A DNA stretch of 64,000 nt from Candidatus Oxydemutatoraceae bacterium (GCA_965218975.1 OZ244717.1:1568001-1632000); one strand, 5' to 3'; numbered from the stretch's first letter, positions 53,231 to 64,000 are shown. The notes: generated by a model from the letters alone, not told the origin. Translations and numbers: made by a program.

Positions 53231-55252
53231 TCAATTCGACGCGATAAAAACCTGTTCTTTAATCGCTTGGATTTCATCACGCAATACAGCGGCTTCTTCA
53301 AACTCTAAGTTGCGCGCATGACGGCGCATTTTTTCTTCGATTTTGCGCATTTGCTTCGCTGCTTCACTCGGACTCATCATCTGATAATCGTGGATTATCT
53401 TTTCCGCGACTCGGCGTTGCTTTTTCTTTCCTCGTTTGCCGACGCCAGCATAAGCTCCTTCCATAATATCGGCAACCGATTTGCGTATACCCATCGGCGT
53501 GATTTTATGTTTGCGGTTATAGCCAAGCTGCTTTTCGCGGCGGCGATTAGTTTCATCAATCGCACGGCGCATAGAACCGGTCATGGTATCGGCGTATAAA
53601 ATCGCGCAGCCGTGCAAATGTCGTGCCGCACGGCCGATAGTTTGAATCAATGAAATCTCCGAACGCAAAAACCCTTCCTTGTCGGCATCGAATATCGCAA
53701 CTAATGAAACTTCCGGAATGTCCAAACCCTCGCGCAGAAGATTAATGCCGACCAACACATCAAACACTCCTATCCTGAGATCGCGAATAATCTCAGTACG
53801 CTCAATCGTATCAATATCCGAATGCAGGTAGCGTACACGCACATCCTGCTCCAACAAGTAGTCGGTCAAATCCTCCGCCATTCGTTTGGTCAATGTCGTA
53901 ATTAATACTCGTTCTTCAATCTCCGCTCGACAATTAATTTCAGATAAAACATCATCCACCTGTGTGATTGCCGGACGCACTTTCACCCCCGGGTCCACTA
54001 GACCGGTGGGGCGCACCACTTGATCCGCTATTACTCCGCTACGCTTTTTTTCGTATGGCCCCGGCGTTGCTGAAACAAAAATTGTCTGCGGCGATAACTG
54101 TTCGAATTCCTCAAACATTAATGGCCGATTATCAAGCGCCGACGGCAAGCGAAAGCCATGCTCAACCAGCGTTTCCTTGCGCGAGCGGTCGCCGCGAAAC
54201 ATACCGCCGAACTGTGGAATCGAAGCATGACTTTCATCAATCACCATCAACGCATTTTTCGGGAGATAATCTAACAAGCAATGCGGCGGCTCTCCCGGTT
54301 CCCTGCCACTAAAGTAACGTGAGTAATTTTCAATCCCGTTGCAGTAACCGAGCTCGCTCATCATCTCGAGATCATATATGGTTCTTTGTTCAAGCCTTTG
54401 CGCTTCAAGCAATTTATTTTCTCGGCGCAAAAATTGCAGATGCTTTTCCAATTCAAGTTTAATTTGTTCAATCGCGTATAACACAGTTTCTCGCGGCATC
54501 ACATAATGCGATTTCGGGTAAATTGTCAAACGCGGAACGTAGCGAATAATCTCGCCGTTTAACGGATCAAAATAACTTAACCGCTCGACTTGATCGTCAA
54601 ACAACTCAATGCGCACTGCTTCCTTATCCGACTCCGCCGGATGAACATCAATCACATCGCCGCGGACGCGAAACGTTCCTCGAGTTAATTCGACATCATT
54701 GCGTTGATATTGCAGCTCGGCAAGACGCCACAGGAGCCTGCGCTGCCCCATATCGTCACCGCGGTCCAAGTGAATAATCATGTTCATATACTTGCGCGGG
54801 TCACCTAAACCATAAATCGCCGAAACCGTCGCAACAATAACCACCGCTTGATGCTCAAGCAATGCTTTTGTCGCCGACAAGCGCATCTGTTCAATATGAT
54901 CATTGACGGAAGCATCCTTCTCGATAAAAGTGTCACTACTCGGTACGTATGCTTCGGGCTGATAATAATCATAATAAGATACAAAATATTCCACTGCAGC
55001 ATCGGGAAAAAACTCCCGCATCTCGCCATAAAGTTGCGCTGCCAAAGTTTTATTGTGTGCCATGATAATCGTCGGGCGTTGAACCGCTTCCACCACATTA
55101 GCAATCGTAAACGTCTTGCCTGAACCGGTTACGCCGAGCAGAGTCAAGTATGACAAACCATCGTTCAGTCCCTCCACCAACTGCCGAATCGCAGCGGGCT
55201 GACCTCCCGCCGGTTGGTAATCAGTTTTTAATTTAAAAACTCTTTTCTTCAT
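53231..55252 (-). CDS. uvrB: Excinuclease ABC subunit B
   Basis: [36 protein letters not shown] tail. Confidence 0.98.
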   Translation of the reverse strand: MKKRVFKLKTDYQPAGGQPAAIRQLVEGLNDGLSYLTLLGVTGSGKTFTIANVVEAVQRPTIIMAHNKTLAAQLYGEMREFFPDAAVEYFVSYYDYYQPEAYVPSSDTFIEKDASVNDHIEQMRLSATKALLEHQAVVIVATVSAIYGLGDPRKYMNMIIHLDRGDDMGQRRLLWRLAELQYQRNDVELTRGTFRVRGDVIDVHPAESDKEAVRIELFDDQVERLSYFDPLNGEIIRYVPRLTIYPKSHYVMPRETVLYAIEQIKLELEKHLQFLRRENKLLEAQRLEQRTIYDLEMMSELGYCNGIENYSRYFSGREPGEPPHCLLDYLPKNALMVIDESHASIPQFGGMFRGDRSRKETLVEHGFRLPSALDNRPLMFEEFEQLSPQTIFVSATPGPYEKKRSGVIADQVVRPTGLVDPGVKVRPAITQVDDVLSEINCRAEIEERVLITTLTKRMAEDLTDYLLEQDVRVRYLHSDIDTIERTEIIRDLRIGVFDVLVGINLLREGLDIPEVSLVAIFDADKEGFLRSEISLIQTIGRAARHLHGCAILYADTMTGSMRRAIDETNRRREKQLGYNRKHKITPMGIRKSVADIMEGAYAGVGKRGKKKQRRVAEKIIHDYQMMSPSEAAKQMRKIEEKMRRHARNLEFEEAAVLRDEIQAIKEQVFIASN

Positions 55253-55648
55253 TTTTGTGTAATACCGGATACATACTAGGCAAACACTTTATTAATAAAC
55301 AACCGGTATGTAATATAACGATGGCGATTTTTATGTACTCCTTTTTGCTGCAAAATGGAAGCGATGACAAGTATATTTATCAATAGTAACCTCGGCCATG
55401 CGTGACTTAGGGCACTTTTAAGGCCAATCGCAATGCCATATATATAAGCAAGTGAACCGGGCTGCATAATAGAAACAAAGCATCGCACCTACCTGCAGAT
55501 GCATGCTAAAATGCCCATAATGGACATTATATGGTAGACTTGTATAATATTTTCTATTCTTAGCCTATTTGGCGGGTATTCTTAGCAAACTTACATTTCA
55601 AGCTTTAGTATCCCAATTTGCAACCCAGACAATCGAGAGAATTGGACC

Positions 55649-56839
55649 TTGCCTATACATTTGTCCAAATGTGTTATTAATGCGACACCGTCGCAAACAA
55701 TGAGCATCAGCGCGATTGCAAACCAGCTGCGCAAACAGGGGAAAAACGTCATTAACCTAGCCGCCGGCGAACCTGCTTATGACACGCCTGACATTGTTAA
55801 AAAGGCAGGCATGCACGCAATTCAAAGCGGCAAAACACGCTATACGGCGGTTGACGGCATTCAATCTTTAAAGGATGAAATTTGCGAGAAATTTAGGCGT
55901 GAAAACCATTTGGAGTATACGCCGGAACAGATATTGGTCTCTTGCGGTGCCAAACATTCGTTATATAACTTGTTTCAAGCGCTATTAAACGATGGCGATG
56001 AAGTCATCATTCCGATACCTTATTGGGTTTCCTACCCCGAGATAGTAAAACTTGCAGGCGGAGTTCCGATTGAAGCGCAATGCGATGAAACACTGAAGTT
56101 GACACCGCAAACTTTCTCACAGGCAATCACTTCACGTACCCGTGCGGTGATTTTAAATAGCCCGAACAATCCGAGCGGCGCAGTGTACAGTCATGATGAA
56201 CTAAAAGCGCTTGCTGAAGTATTCCTGAAAAATCCGCAGCTCGTGATTGTCAGCGACGATATTTATGAGCATCTTATCTTCAATAAGAAGTTTGAAAATA
56301 TTGTTAATGTTTGCCCTGAACTATATGAGCGTACAGTTGTAATTAACGGTGTGTCAAAATCTTATGCGATGACCGGTTGGCGAATCGGCTATGCGGCAGG
56401 TGATAAAGAATTGATTAAAGGAATGAAAATTGTGCAATCGCAAAGCACTTCGAACCCCAATTCCATAGCGCAATATGCGGCGGTCTGCGCATTACAAAGC
56501 GCCGGTGATTTCATCGTCGGTCTGCGTGAGCGATCCGAAAAAAGGTGCGACATTGCATACGAAACGCTTACCAAAATTCATCATACCAGTTGTGTAAAAC
56601 CTGAAGGAAGCTTTTATATTTTCCCGAACGTTTCTAAAGCGATCGCTGCTTTGCCAGACTTTAATAGCGACTTAGATTTGTCTGAACACTTGTTAATCAA
56701 CTCGCTGGTTGCAACCGTGCCCGGCATCGCTTTCGGTGCCCCCGGGCATATTCGCATCTCATGCAGTGTTGATACCGAGTTATTGAAAGAAGGCATGCGA
56801 CGAATTCGGCAAGTACTAACTAGCAATGTGAAACAATAA
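55649..56839 (+). CDS. PLP-dependent class I (aspartate) aminotransferase
   Basis: GEP..DTP, NSPNNPSG, DDIYE, SKSYAMTGWRIGY; divergent from uvrB. Confidence 0.93.
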   Translation: MPIHLSKCVINATPSQTMSISAIANQLRKQGKNVINLAAGEPAYDTPDIVKKAGMHAIQSGKTRYTAVDGIQSLKDEICEKFRRENHLEYTPEQILVSCGAKHSLYNLFQALLNDGDEVIIPIPYWVSYPEIVKLAGGVPIEAQCDETLKLTPQTFSQAITSRTRAVILNSPNNPSGAVYSHDELKALAEVFLKNPQLVIVSDDIYEHLIFNKKFENIVNVCPELYERTVVINGVSKSYAMTGWRIGYAAGDKELIKGMKIVQSQSTSNPNSIAQYAAVCALQSAGDFIVGLRERSEKRCDIAYETLTKIHHTSCVKPEGSFYIFPNVSKAIAALPDFNSDLDLSEHLLINSLVATVPGIAFGAPGHIRISCSVDTELLKEGMRRIRQVLTSNVKQ

Positions 56840-57073
56840 CCGCATTTCCGCTCCCGACATAGTTTTTTGAACGTCTCTACTTGTGCAGCGCTTTTTTTCG
56901 CCGCAAATACTTAATTCTTCACGGTAGCTATACCAACTTTCGTCACATGAGAGTACGGCAATCTTACATTGGCCATAACAGTCATTATTACCCGGCCAGC
57001 CAAATTAATCGTACCCCAACGCATTCTCGCCACCGGCTTTCCGCTTGAAACCATAGCGTCGTGCACATGACTG

Positions 57074-58207
57074 TTACTGTTCATTGTTATCATTCCTCGA
57101 AATTAGTCTTTCAGAGAATTTCCATCCGGTGTTGATCGCTCGATAATGATAGAAATACTCTCGGCTGGATAAATGTCTTCTCATCTTTTTCTCCAGCCAA
57201 TTTTGCGCACGAGTCAGTCCGAGTTCATAAAGTACTTTGAGAGGTATTTTAGGAAGTATGTACATTATGTGGTCATATAAATTTGGCATTATATGCGCTC
57301 TATGCAAATCTAAAAATAAAGTTTTTCCCATTGCAACGATATACTTACAATCATCCTCTTTCAGATCGGCATATCTGTGAGTAAAGTGCTTGAACGAATA
57401 GCTTTCAGGCAACTTTTTATTTGTTTTTGTTCCAATCCAATAAGAATAAAAATAGACCAGTCGGCATCGCTTGTACCTTTTCAAGTCATGCGTTTGCAGC
57501 AGTTCATCAATATCGAAGTTCAACAGATGCCCGCTGCGGTACTTGTAACTGCATATCGTCAACAAACTTCTTTGCAGAAACATAACCTCCCACATATAGC
57601 ATCCATATACCTGAAAGTGCCTCTCTAAACCGAATTTGCAAGGTGCCGGAATGACAATGGCGTCGACTTTGGGTAACTGTCGGCTGTTGTTGTCATAGAT
57701 GATAACCCGGTCCACACCCAGCCTCTTGTAATGTTCAATCCAGTCTTTTATCCAATGTTCCCGGTTGTTTTTGTTTATCGCACATAACGTAAACCTGCTC
57801 TTAGTGCCGGTATTGTTGATCGGCACTTTCAACTCCCAGTGCTGACGACTTCCCATCCCCGCTACTTTGATCAAAACTTCATTCAGCGGTTTGACGTTGC
57901 GCACACATCCTTTGACCAAATACATTAAAGACAAAGAAGGAGGCGTGACCGTACGTAGCTTGATCGGTTTTCCGTTGACATAGATTTCCACGTCCAACTG
58001 CAAATTGCCCAAAGGCGGACCAGCCGCTATTATCCACTTGTTGGTGGAATCAAAGAATACGTCGTAGAACAGCGTGTCGAAATCGAAACACTCCTCCATA
58101 TGCCTCTTATCTATCTTAGCGGCAAGTTCTTTTCCCAGAAAATATGCCGGGTCCCGCCGCATCTCCCGCAACTTAATGCCTCTGAGCTGATGCACGTCGT
58201 GTTTCAT
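57074..58207 (-). CDS. GT-A fold glycosyltransferase-like protein (GT92/Glyco_tranf_2_4-like), paralog A
   Basis: WIEHY..LGVD..IYDN.S and NFDIDELL (DxD); start placed at MKHDVHQ. Confidence 0.72.
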   Translation of the reverse strand: MKHDVHQLRGIKLREMRRDPAYFLGKELAAKIDKRHMEECFDFDTLFYDVFFDSTNKWIIAAGPPLGNLQLDVEIYVNGKPIKLRTVTPPSLSLMYLVKGCVRNVKPLNEVLIKVAGMGSRQHWELKVPINNTGTKSRFTLCAINKNNREHWIKDWIEHYKRLGVDRVIIYDNNSRQLPKVDAIVIPAPCKFGLERHFQVYGCYMWEVMFLQRSLLTICSYKYRSGHLLNFDIDELLQTHDLKRYKRCRLVYFYSYWIGTKTNKKLPESYSFKHFTHRYADLKEDDCKYIVAMGKTLFLDLHRAHIMPNLYDHIMYILPKIPLKVLYELGLTRAQNWLEKKMRRHLSSREYFYHYRAINTGWKFSERLISRNDNNEQ

Positions 58208-58351
58208 AACCATCGGCACAGGATGACTTGCGTCGCGCCTGCAAGCAATGCAGAACCTGAACCGTCAAGGTATGAAGGGCCGGGTTCACCAAGCTTTTTA
58301 CGAACGTTTTCTATGAGTAGAAAAAACAATACTATTAAATTGAAAGTTTTA

Positions 58352-59470
58352 TTATTGTTTACTGTTGCCATTCATCGATATTGACCTTTTAGAGTGTTTC
58401 CACTCGGTATTGATCGCTCGATAATGATAATAGTAATCTTGGCTGTAATTTCCTTTCCCCATTATCTTGTTTTTCAGCCTTTGTCCGGTACGAATCAGCC
58501 CGAGCTTATAAAGCGCTTTAAGCACTACACGGACATACAACTTTTGTACCAAAGTACATTGGTGCGGCTTCAAGAATAAAGCCTCTTTCATGGCAATTAT
58601 ATATTTATAACTACAATTCCGCAAAGAGATATCTCTGCAAGTAAAATGTTTGAACGAATAGTTTTCAGGCAACTTTCCATCTGCTTTTGCTTTAATCCAA
58701 TAAGAATCAAAATAGACCTGTTTGTGTCGCTTGTACCTTCCCAAATTGCTCGTCTGCAACAGTTCATCAATATCAAAGTTCAACAGATACCCGCTGCGGT
58801 ACTTGTAGCTACATATCGTTAATAAACTTCTCTGAAGAAACCCTGCCCTCCACATCAAACTGCTTTTATACACCCGAATATATTTATTTAAGCCGTATTT
58901 GTAGGGTGCCGGAATGACAATGGCGTCGACTTCGGGTAACTGTCGGCTGTCGTTATCATAGATTATAACTCGATCTACGCCCAGCTTCCTATAATGTTCA
59001 ATCCAGTCTTTTATCCAATGCTCCCGGTTGTCTTTGTTTAAAGCACATAACGTAAATCTACTCTTGGCGCCGGTATTGTTAATCGGTATTTTCAACTCCC
59101 ACTGCTGCCGGCCTCTTATCCATCCCACTTTGATCAAAACTTCATTCAGCGGTTTGACGTTGCGCACACGTCCTTTGACCAAATACATTAAAGACAAAGA
59201 AGGAGGCGTGACCGTACGCAGCTTGACCGATTTTTCGTTGACATAGATTTCCACGTCCAACTGCAAATTGCCCAAAGGCGGACCAGCCGCTATTATCCAC
59301 TTGTTGGTGGGATCAAAGAATACGTCGTAGAACAGCGTGTCGAAATCGAAACACTCCTCCATATGCCTCTTATCTATCTTAGCGGCAAGTTCTTTTCCCA
59401 GAAAATATGTCGGGTCCCGCCGCATCTCCCGCAACTTAATGCCTCTGAGCTGATGCACGTCGTGTTTCAT
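58352..59470 (-). CDS. Glycosyltransferase-like protein, paralog B
   Basis: Same motifs; N-terminal half near-identical to paralog A. Confidence 0.72.
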   Translation of the reverse strand: MKHDVHQLRGIKLREMRRDPTYFLGKELAAKIDKRHMEECFDFDTLFYDVFFDPTNKWIIAAGPPLGNLQLDVEIYVNEKSVKLRTVTPPSLSLMYLVKGRVRNVKPLNEVLIKVGWIRGRQQWELKIPINNTGAKSRFTLCALNKDNREHWIKDWIEHYRKLGVDRVIIYDNDSRQLPEVDAIVIPAPYKYGLNKYIRVYKSSLMWRAGFLQRSLLTICSYKYRSGYLLNFDIDELLQTSNLGRYKRHKQVYFDSYWIKAKADGKLPENYSFKHFTCRDISLRNCSYKYIIAMKEALFLKPHQCTLVQKLYVRVVLKALYKLGLIRTGQRLKNKIMGKGNYSQDYYYHYRAINTEWKHSKRSISMNGNSKQ

Positions 59471-59613
59471 AACCATCGGCACAGGATGACTTGCACCGCG
59501 TCTGCAAGCAATGCAGAACTTAAACCGTCAAGGTATGAAGGCCTTGACTCGCCAAGCTTTTTACGAACGTTTTCTATGAGTAGAAAAAACATACTATTAA
59601 ATTGAAAATTTTA

Positions 59614-60747
59614 TTATTGTTTACTGTCGTTATTCGCAGAAATTGATCTTTCAGGAAATTTCCACCCGGTATTGATCGCTCGATAATGGTAGAAACACTC
59701 TCGGCTGTGGCTTCCTTTCTCTTTTACTTCTAGCCATTTCTTTACCCATTTCCTCGTACGGTGCAGCCCGAGCTTATAAAGCACTTCGCACACCACACGG
59801 ACATATAACTTTTGTACCAAAGTACATCTGTGCATCTTCAAGAATAAAACCTCTTTCATTGCAACGATATACTTAATATCATAAGGTGTATAAGTTTGCC
59901 GATCGGTATGTCTGTGAGTAAAGGACTTGAACGAATAGTTTTCAGGCAACTTTTTATTTGTTTTTGCTCCAATCCAATAAGGACGAAAATAGACCGTCTT
60001 GCATCGCTTGTACCTTTCCAAGTCATTCGTCTGTAGCAGTTCATCGATATCAAAGTTCAACAAATGCCCGCTGCGGTACTTGTAGCTACATATCGTCAAT
60101 AAACTTCTCTGAAGAAATCCTACTCTCCATATCAAACTGCTTTTATACACCCGAATATATTTATTTAAGCCGTATTTGTAGGGTGCCGGAATGACAATGG
60201 CGTCGACTTCGGGTAACTGTCGGCTGTCGTTATCATAGATTATAACTCGGTCTACGCCCAGCTTCCTATAATGTTCAATCCAGTCTTTTATCCAATGCTC
60301 CCGGTTGTCTTTGTTTAAAGCACATAACGTAAATCTACTCTTGGCGCCGGTATTGTTGATCGGCACTTTCAACTCCCACTGCTGCCGGCCTCTTATCCAT
60401 TCCACTTTGATCAAAACTTCATTCGGCGGTTTGACGTTGCGCACACGTCCTTTGACCAAATACATTGAATACAAAGAAGGAGGCGTGACCGTACGTAGCT
60501 TGATCGGTTTTCCGTTGACATAGATTTCCACGTCCAACTGCAAATTGCCCAAAGGCGGACCAGCCGCTATTATCCACTTGTTGGTGGAATCAAAGAATAC
60601 GTCGTAGAACAACGTGTCGAAATCGAAACACTCCTCCATATGCCTCTTATCTATCTTAGCGGCAAGTTCTTTTCCCAGAAAATATACCGGATCCCGCCGC
60701 ATCTCCCGCAACTTAATGCCTCTGAGCTGATGCACGTCGTGTTTCAT
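59614..60747 (-). CDS. Glycosyltransferase-like protein, paralog C
   Basis: Same motifs as paralog A. Confidence 0.72.
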   Translation of the reverse strand: MKHDVHQLRGIKLREMRRDPVYFLGKELAAKIDKRHMEECFDFDTLFYDVFFDSTNKWIIAAGPPLGNLQLDVEIYVNGKPIKLRTVTPPSLYSMYLVKGRVRNVKPPNEVLIKVEWIRGRQQWELKVPINNTGAKSRFTLCALNKDNREHWIKDWIEHYRKLGVDRVIIYDNDSRQLPEVDAIVIPAPYKYGLNKYIRVYKSSLIWRVGFLQRSLLTICSYKYRSGHLLNFDIDELLQTNDLERYKRCKTVYFRPYWIGAKTNKKLPENYSFKSFTHRHTDRQTYTPYDIKYIVAMKEVLFLKMHRCTLVQKLYVRVVCEVLYKLGLHRTRKWVKKWLEVKEKGSHSRECFYHYRAINTGWKFPERSISANNDSKQ

Positions 60748-60846
60748 AACCATTCAAGGTATGAAGGTTCGGTTTCACCGAATCTTTTACCCCCTCCACT
60801 ACGGGCAAAAAGCAGAAAGAATATGCTGTCAAAATCAGAAGTTTTA

Positions 60847-62004
60847 TTACTGTTCACTGTTACTACTCATCGAAATTGACCTTTGAGGATGTTTCCACCC
60901 GGTATTGATCCCTCGGTAATGATAGAAATACTCTCGGCTGAATAAATCTCTTCTCATCTTTTCCTCCAGCCATTTTTGCGCACGGCGCAGCCCGAGTTCA
61001 TAAAGCACTTTGAGAAGTATTTTGGGAAGTAATTCGTACGATATCATGCGTTCATATAAGCGCTCATATAATAAATTTTGCACCAAATACGCCCTATGCA
61101 AATCCAAGCATAAAACTTTTCCCATTGCAACGACATACTTCACATTCGCATAATCTAATCTGGTATCTCTGTAAATAAAATGCTTGAACGAGTAGTTTTC
61201 AGGCAACTTTCCATCCACCTCTGCTTCTACCCAATGAGAACGAAAATAGAGTATCTTACGTCGCTTGCACTTTTTCAAATCATTCGTTTGCAGCAATTCA
61301 TCGATATCAAAGTTCAACAAATGCCCGCTGCGGTACTTGTAACTACATATCGTCAATAAACTTCTCTGAAGAAATCCTACTCTCCATATCAAACTGCTTT
61401 TATACACCCGAATGTATTTATTTAAGCCGTATTTGTAGGGTGCCGGAATGACAATGGCGTTGACTTTGGGTAACTGTCGGCTGTTGTTGTCATAGAGGAT
61501 AACCCGGTCTACGCCCAGCCTCTTGTAATGTTCAATCCAGTCTTTTATCCAATGTTCCCGGTTGTTTTTGTTTATCGCACATAACGTAAACCTGCTCTTA
61601 GTGCCGGTATTGTTGATCGGCACTTTCAACTCCCAGTGCTGACGACTTCCTATCCCCGCTACTTTGATCAAAACTTCATTCAGCGGTTTGACGTTGCGCA
61701 CACATCCTTTGACCAAATACATTAAATACAAAGAAGGAGGCGTGACCGTACGTAGCTTGATCGGTTTTCCGTTGACATAGATTTCCACGTCCAACTGCAA
61801 ATTGCCCAAAGGCGGACCAACCGCTATTATCCACTTGTTGGTGGAATCAAAGAATACGTCGTAGAACAACGTGTCGAAATCGAAACACTCCTCCATATGC
61901 CTCTTATCTATCTTAGCGGCAAGTTCTTTTCCCAGAAAATATACCGGATCCCGCCGCATCTCCCGCAACTTAATGCCTCTGAGCTGATGCACGTCGTGTT
62001 TCAT
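60847..62004 (-). CDS. Glycosyltransferase-like protein, paralog D
   Basis: Same motifs as paralog A. Confidence 0.72.
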   Translation of the reverse strand: MKHDVHQLRGIKLREMRRDPVYFLGKELAAKIDKRHMEECFDFDTLFYDVFFDSTNKWIIAVGPPLGNLQLDVEIYVNGKPIKLRTVTPPSLYLMYLVKGCVRNVKPLNEVLIKVAGIGSRQHWELKVPINNTGTKSRFTLCAINKNNREHWIKDWIEHYKRLGVDRVILYDNNSRQLPKVNAIVIPAPYKYGLNKYIRVYKSSLIWRVGFLQRSLLTICSYKYRSGHLLNFDIDELLQTNDLKKCKRRKILYFRSHWVEAEVDGKLPENYSFKHFIYRDTRLDYANVKYVVAMGKVLCLDLHRAYLVQNLLYERLYERMISYELLPKILLKVLYELGLRRAQKWLEEKMRRDLFSREYFYHYRGINTGWKHPQRSISMSSNSEQ

Positions 62005-62147
62005 AACCATCGGCACAGGATGACTTGCACCGCGTCTGCAAGCAATGCAGAACTTAAACCGTCAAGGTATGAAGGCCTTGACTCGCCAAGCTTTTTACGA
62101 ACGTTTTCTATGAGTAGAAAAAACATACTATTAAATTTAAAATTTTA

Positions 62148-63308
62148 TTATTGTTTACTGTCGTTATTCGCAGAAATTGATCTTTCAGGAAATTTCCACC
62201 CGGTATTGATCCCTCGGTAATGATAGAAATACTCTCGGCTGAATAAATCTCTTCTCATCTTTTCCTCCAGCCATTTTTGCGCACGGCGCAGCCCGAGTTC
62301 ATAAAGCACTTTGAGAAGTATTTTGGGAAGTAATTCGTACGATATCATGCGTTCATATAAGCGCTCATATAATAAATTTTGCACCAAATACGCCCTATGC
62401 AAATCCAAGCATAAAACTTTTCCCATTGCAACGACATACTTCACATTCGCATAATCTAATCTGGTATCTCTGTAAATAAAATGCTTGAACGAGTAGTTTT
62501 CAGGCAACTTTCCATCCACCTCTGCTTCTACCCAATGAGAACGAAAATAGAGTATCTTACGTCGCTTGCACTTTTTCAAATCATTCGTTTGCAGCAATTC
62601 ATCGATATCAAAATTCAGCAGATGTCCGCTGCGATACTTGTAACTACATATCGTCAGCAAGCTTCTTTGTAGAAACATAGTCTCCCACATATAACATCCA
62701 TATACTAAATAGTATTTATTTAAGCCGTATTTGTAGGGTGCCGGAATGACAATGGCGTTGACTTTGGGTAACTGTCGGCTGTTGTTGTCATAGAGGATAA
62801 CCCGGTCTACGCCCAGCCTCTTGTAATGTTCAATCCAGTCTTTTATCCAATGTTCCCGGTTGTTTTTGTTTATCGCACATAACGTAAACCTGCTCTTAGT
62901 GCCGGTATTGTTGATCGGCACTTTCAACTCCCAGTGCTGACGACTTCCCATCCCCGCTACTTTGATCAAAACTTCATTCAGCGGTTTGACGTTGCGCACA
63001 CGTCCTTTGACCAAATACATTAAACATGAAAAAGGAAGTTTGGCCGTACGCAGCTTGAGCGGTTTTCCGTTGACATAGATCTCCACATCCAGCCGTAAGT
63101 TACCCAAAGACGGACCGGCCGCTATTATCCACTTGTTAGTGGGATCAAAGAATACGTCGTAGAACAATGTGTCGAAATCGAAACATTCCTCCATATGTCT
63201 GTTATCTATCTTAGCAGCAAGTTCTTTTCCCAGAAAATATGTCGGGTCCCGCCGCATCCCTTTCAGGCGAATACCTCTGAGCTGATGCACGTCGTGTTTC
63301 ATGGGCAT
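62148..63308 (-). CDS. Glycosyltransferase-like protein, paralog E (first of the array)
   Basis: Same motifs; start at MPMKHDVHQ, since the longer ORF-track start runs into the IS end. Confidence 0.72.
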   Translation of the reverse strand: MPMKHDVHQLRGIRLKGMRRDPTYFLGKELAAKIDNRHMEECFDFDTLFYDVFFDPTNKWIIAAGPSLGNLRLDVEIYVNGKPLKLRTAKLPFSCLMYLVKGRVRNVKPLNEVLIKVAGMGSRQHWELKVPINNTGTKSRFTLCAINKNNREHWIKDWIEHYKRLGVDRVILYDNNSRQLPKVNAIVIPAPYKYGLNKYYLVYGCYMWETMFLQRSLLTICSYKYRSGHLLNFDIDELLQTNDLKKCKRRKILYFRSHWVEAEVDGKLPENYSFKHFIYRDTRLDYANVKYVVAMGKVLCLDLHRAYLVQNLLYERLYERMISYELLPKILLKVLYELGLRRAQKWLEEKMRRDLFSREYFYHYRGINTGWKFPERSISANNDSKQ

Positions 63309-63320
63309 TAACAATAAATT

Positions 63321-64000
63321 TGTACGTGTCCAGATACATACTGGATTCTTGAATGTCAATAAAAAGGCGACCGACATGCAATATCAGCACATCGGCCACC
63401 GCATCAAAGGTTTCTATAAAATAGCCAATTTTACTTTAAAAATAGAGGCTCATGAACACAACGGCTCAACAGAAACACGATGCCCTGTTATTTTGGGAGG
63501 ATTGTAACCCCAAACGCATTCAAGGTCGGTCGCAGCACTTTGTACCGCTGGCGCCGGCGTTATCGCCGCACTGGCCTCAGCGCCTTACATGATCGCGGCA
63601 AAGCGCCGCGTAAGAGGCGCCAGCGGGTTGTCAGCAAAGTGCCTATCGTCCATGACGAGACTTGGTTCTGTCAATGAACGCCAGCCCCGACGTCCTTGTC
63701 GAGTCGTTCGCCGCTGAAAACCGATCGGTTTTCCGGGCGCGTCTCACCCTGCGCCAAGATTATCCGAATCTCGGCAGCAGTAAAAGCTTTGAACTGATGA
63801 AACCGTTTTGTGTTTGTTGCCGTGTTGTCAGTAAAGTGTCTGTCGTCCGTGACGAAACTTGGTTCTGCGAATGAACCCCAGCCCCGACATCCTTGTCGGG
63901 TCGTTCGCCGCTGAAAACCGATTGGTTTTCCGGGCGCGTCTCACCCTGCTCGTCCATGACGAGACTTGGTTCTGTTAATGAACCCAGCCCCGACGTCCTT
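63321..64000 (+). mobile_element. IS481-like remnant no. 3 (runs off the window) with 107-bp units
   Basis: Left end TGTACGTGTCCAGAT; MQYQHIGHRIKGFYK, AFKVGRSTLYRWRR, RQDYPNLG in broken frames. Confidence 0.8.
63646..64000 (-). repeat. 3 copies (last partial) of the ~107-bp unit in reverse orientation
   Basis: 63646-63751, ~63843-63948, 63949 to window end. Confidence 0.92.

Noticed and set aside
57074-63308. Diversity-generating retroelement behind the paralog variation
   Set aside because: No reverse transcriptase or template repeat in the window; variation comes in long blocks with indels rather than being evidently adenine-specific

Overview
Chromosomal window of a gammaproteobacterium, probably a sulfur oxidiser (fccB-like gene at the left edge). 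It has four parts. (1) 1-23.4 kb is housekeeping: mfd, gltX, pgpA-thiL-nusB-rib cluster, nrdR, glyA, msrPQ, asmA, purL, plus a decayed fieF. (2) tmRNA (ssrA) is followed by an ~18-kb P4/CP4-57-type island (23801-41757) whose two integrase genes are broken but whose defence cargo is intact. The cargo is an SNF2 helicase, AbiEi/AbiEii, a small ORF plus a Rad50/RloC-like ATPase with a putative HEPN C-terminus, and type III-like Mod/Res. It also holds DUF5131 with a broken tcmP and a dcm fragment. (3) 42-57 kb holds FkbM, GT2, an NDH-2/cNMP fusion, copAB, tRNA-Met, ychF-pth-rplY, uvrB and an aspartate aminotransferase. (4) 57-63.3 kb is a tandem array of five mosaic glycosyltransferase-like paralogs; each of the four spacers carries a short open frame whose stop overlaps the next ATG. 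Three scrambled IS481-like remnants each carry tandem copies of a ~107-bp multi-hairpin unit (at least 11 copies) that has one fixed end. All calls come from reading motifs by eye; no database searches were run.
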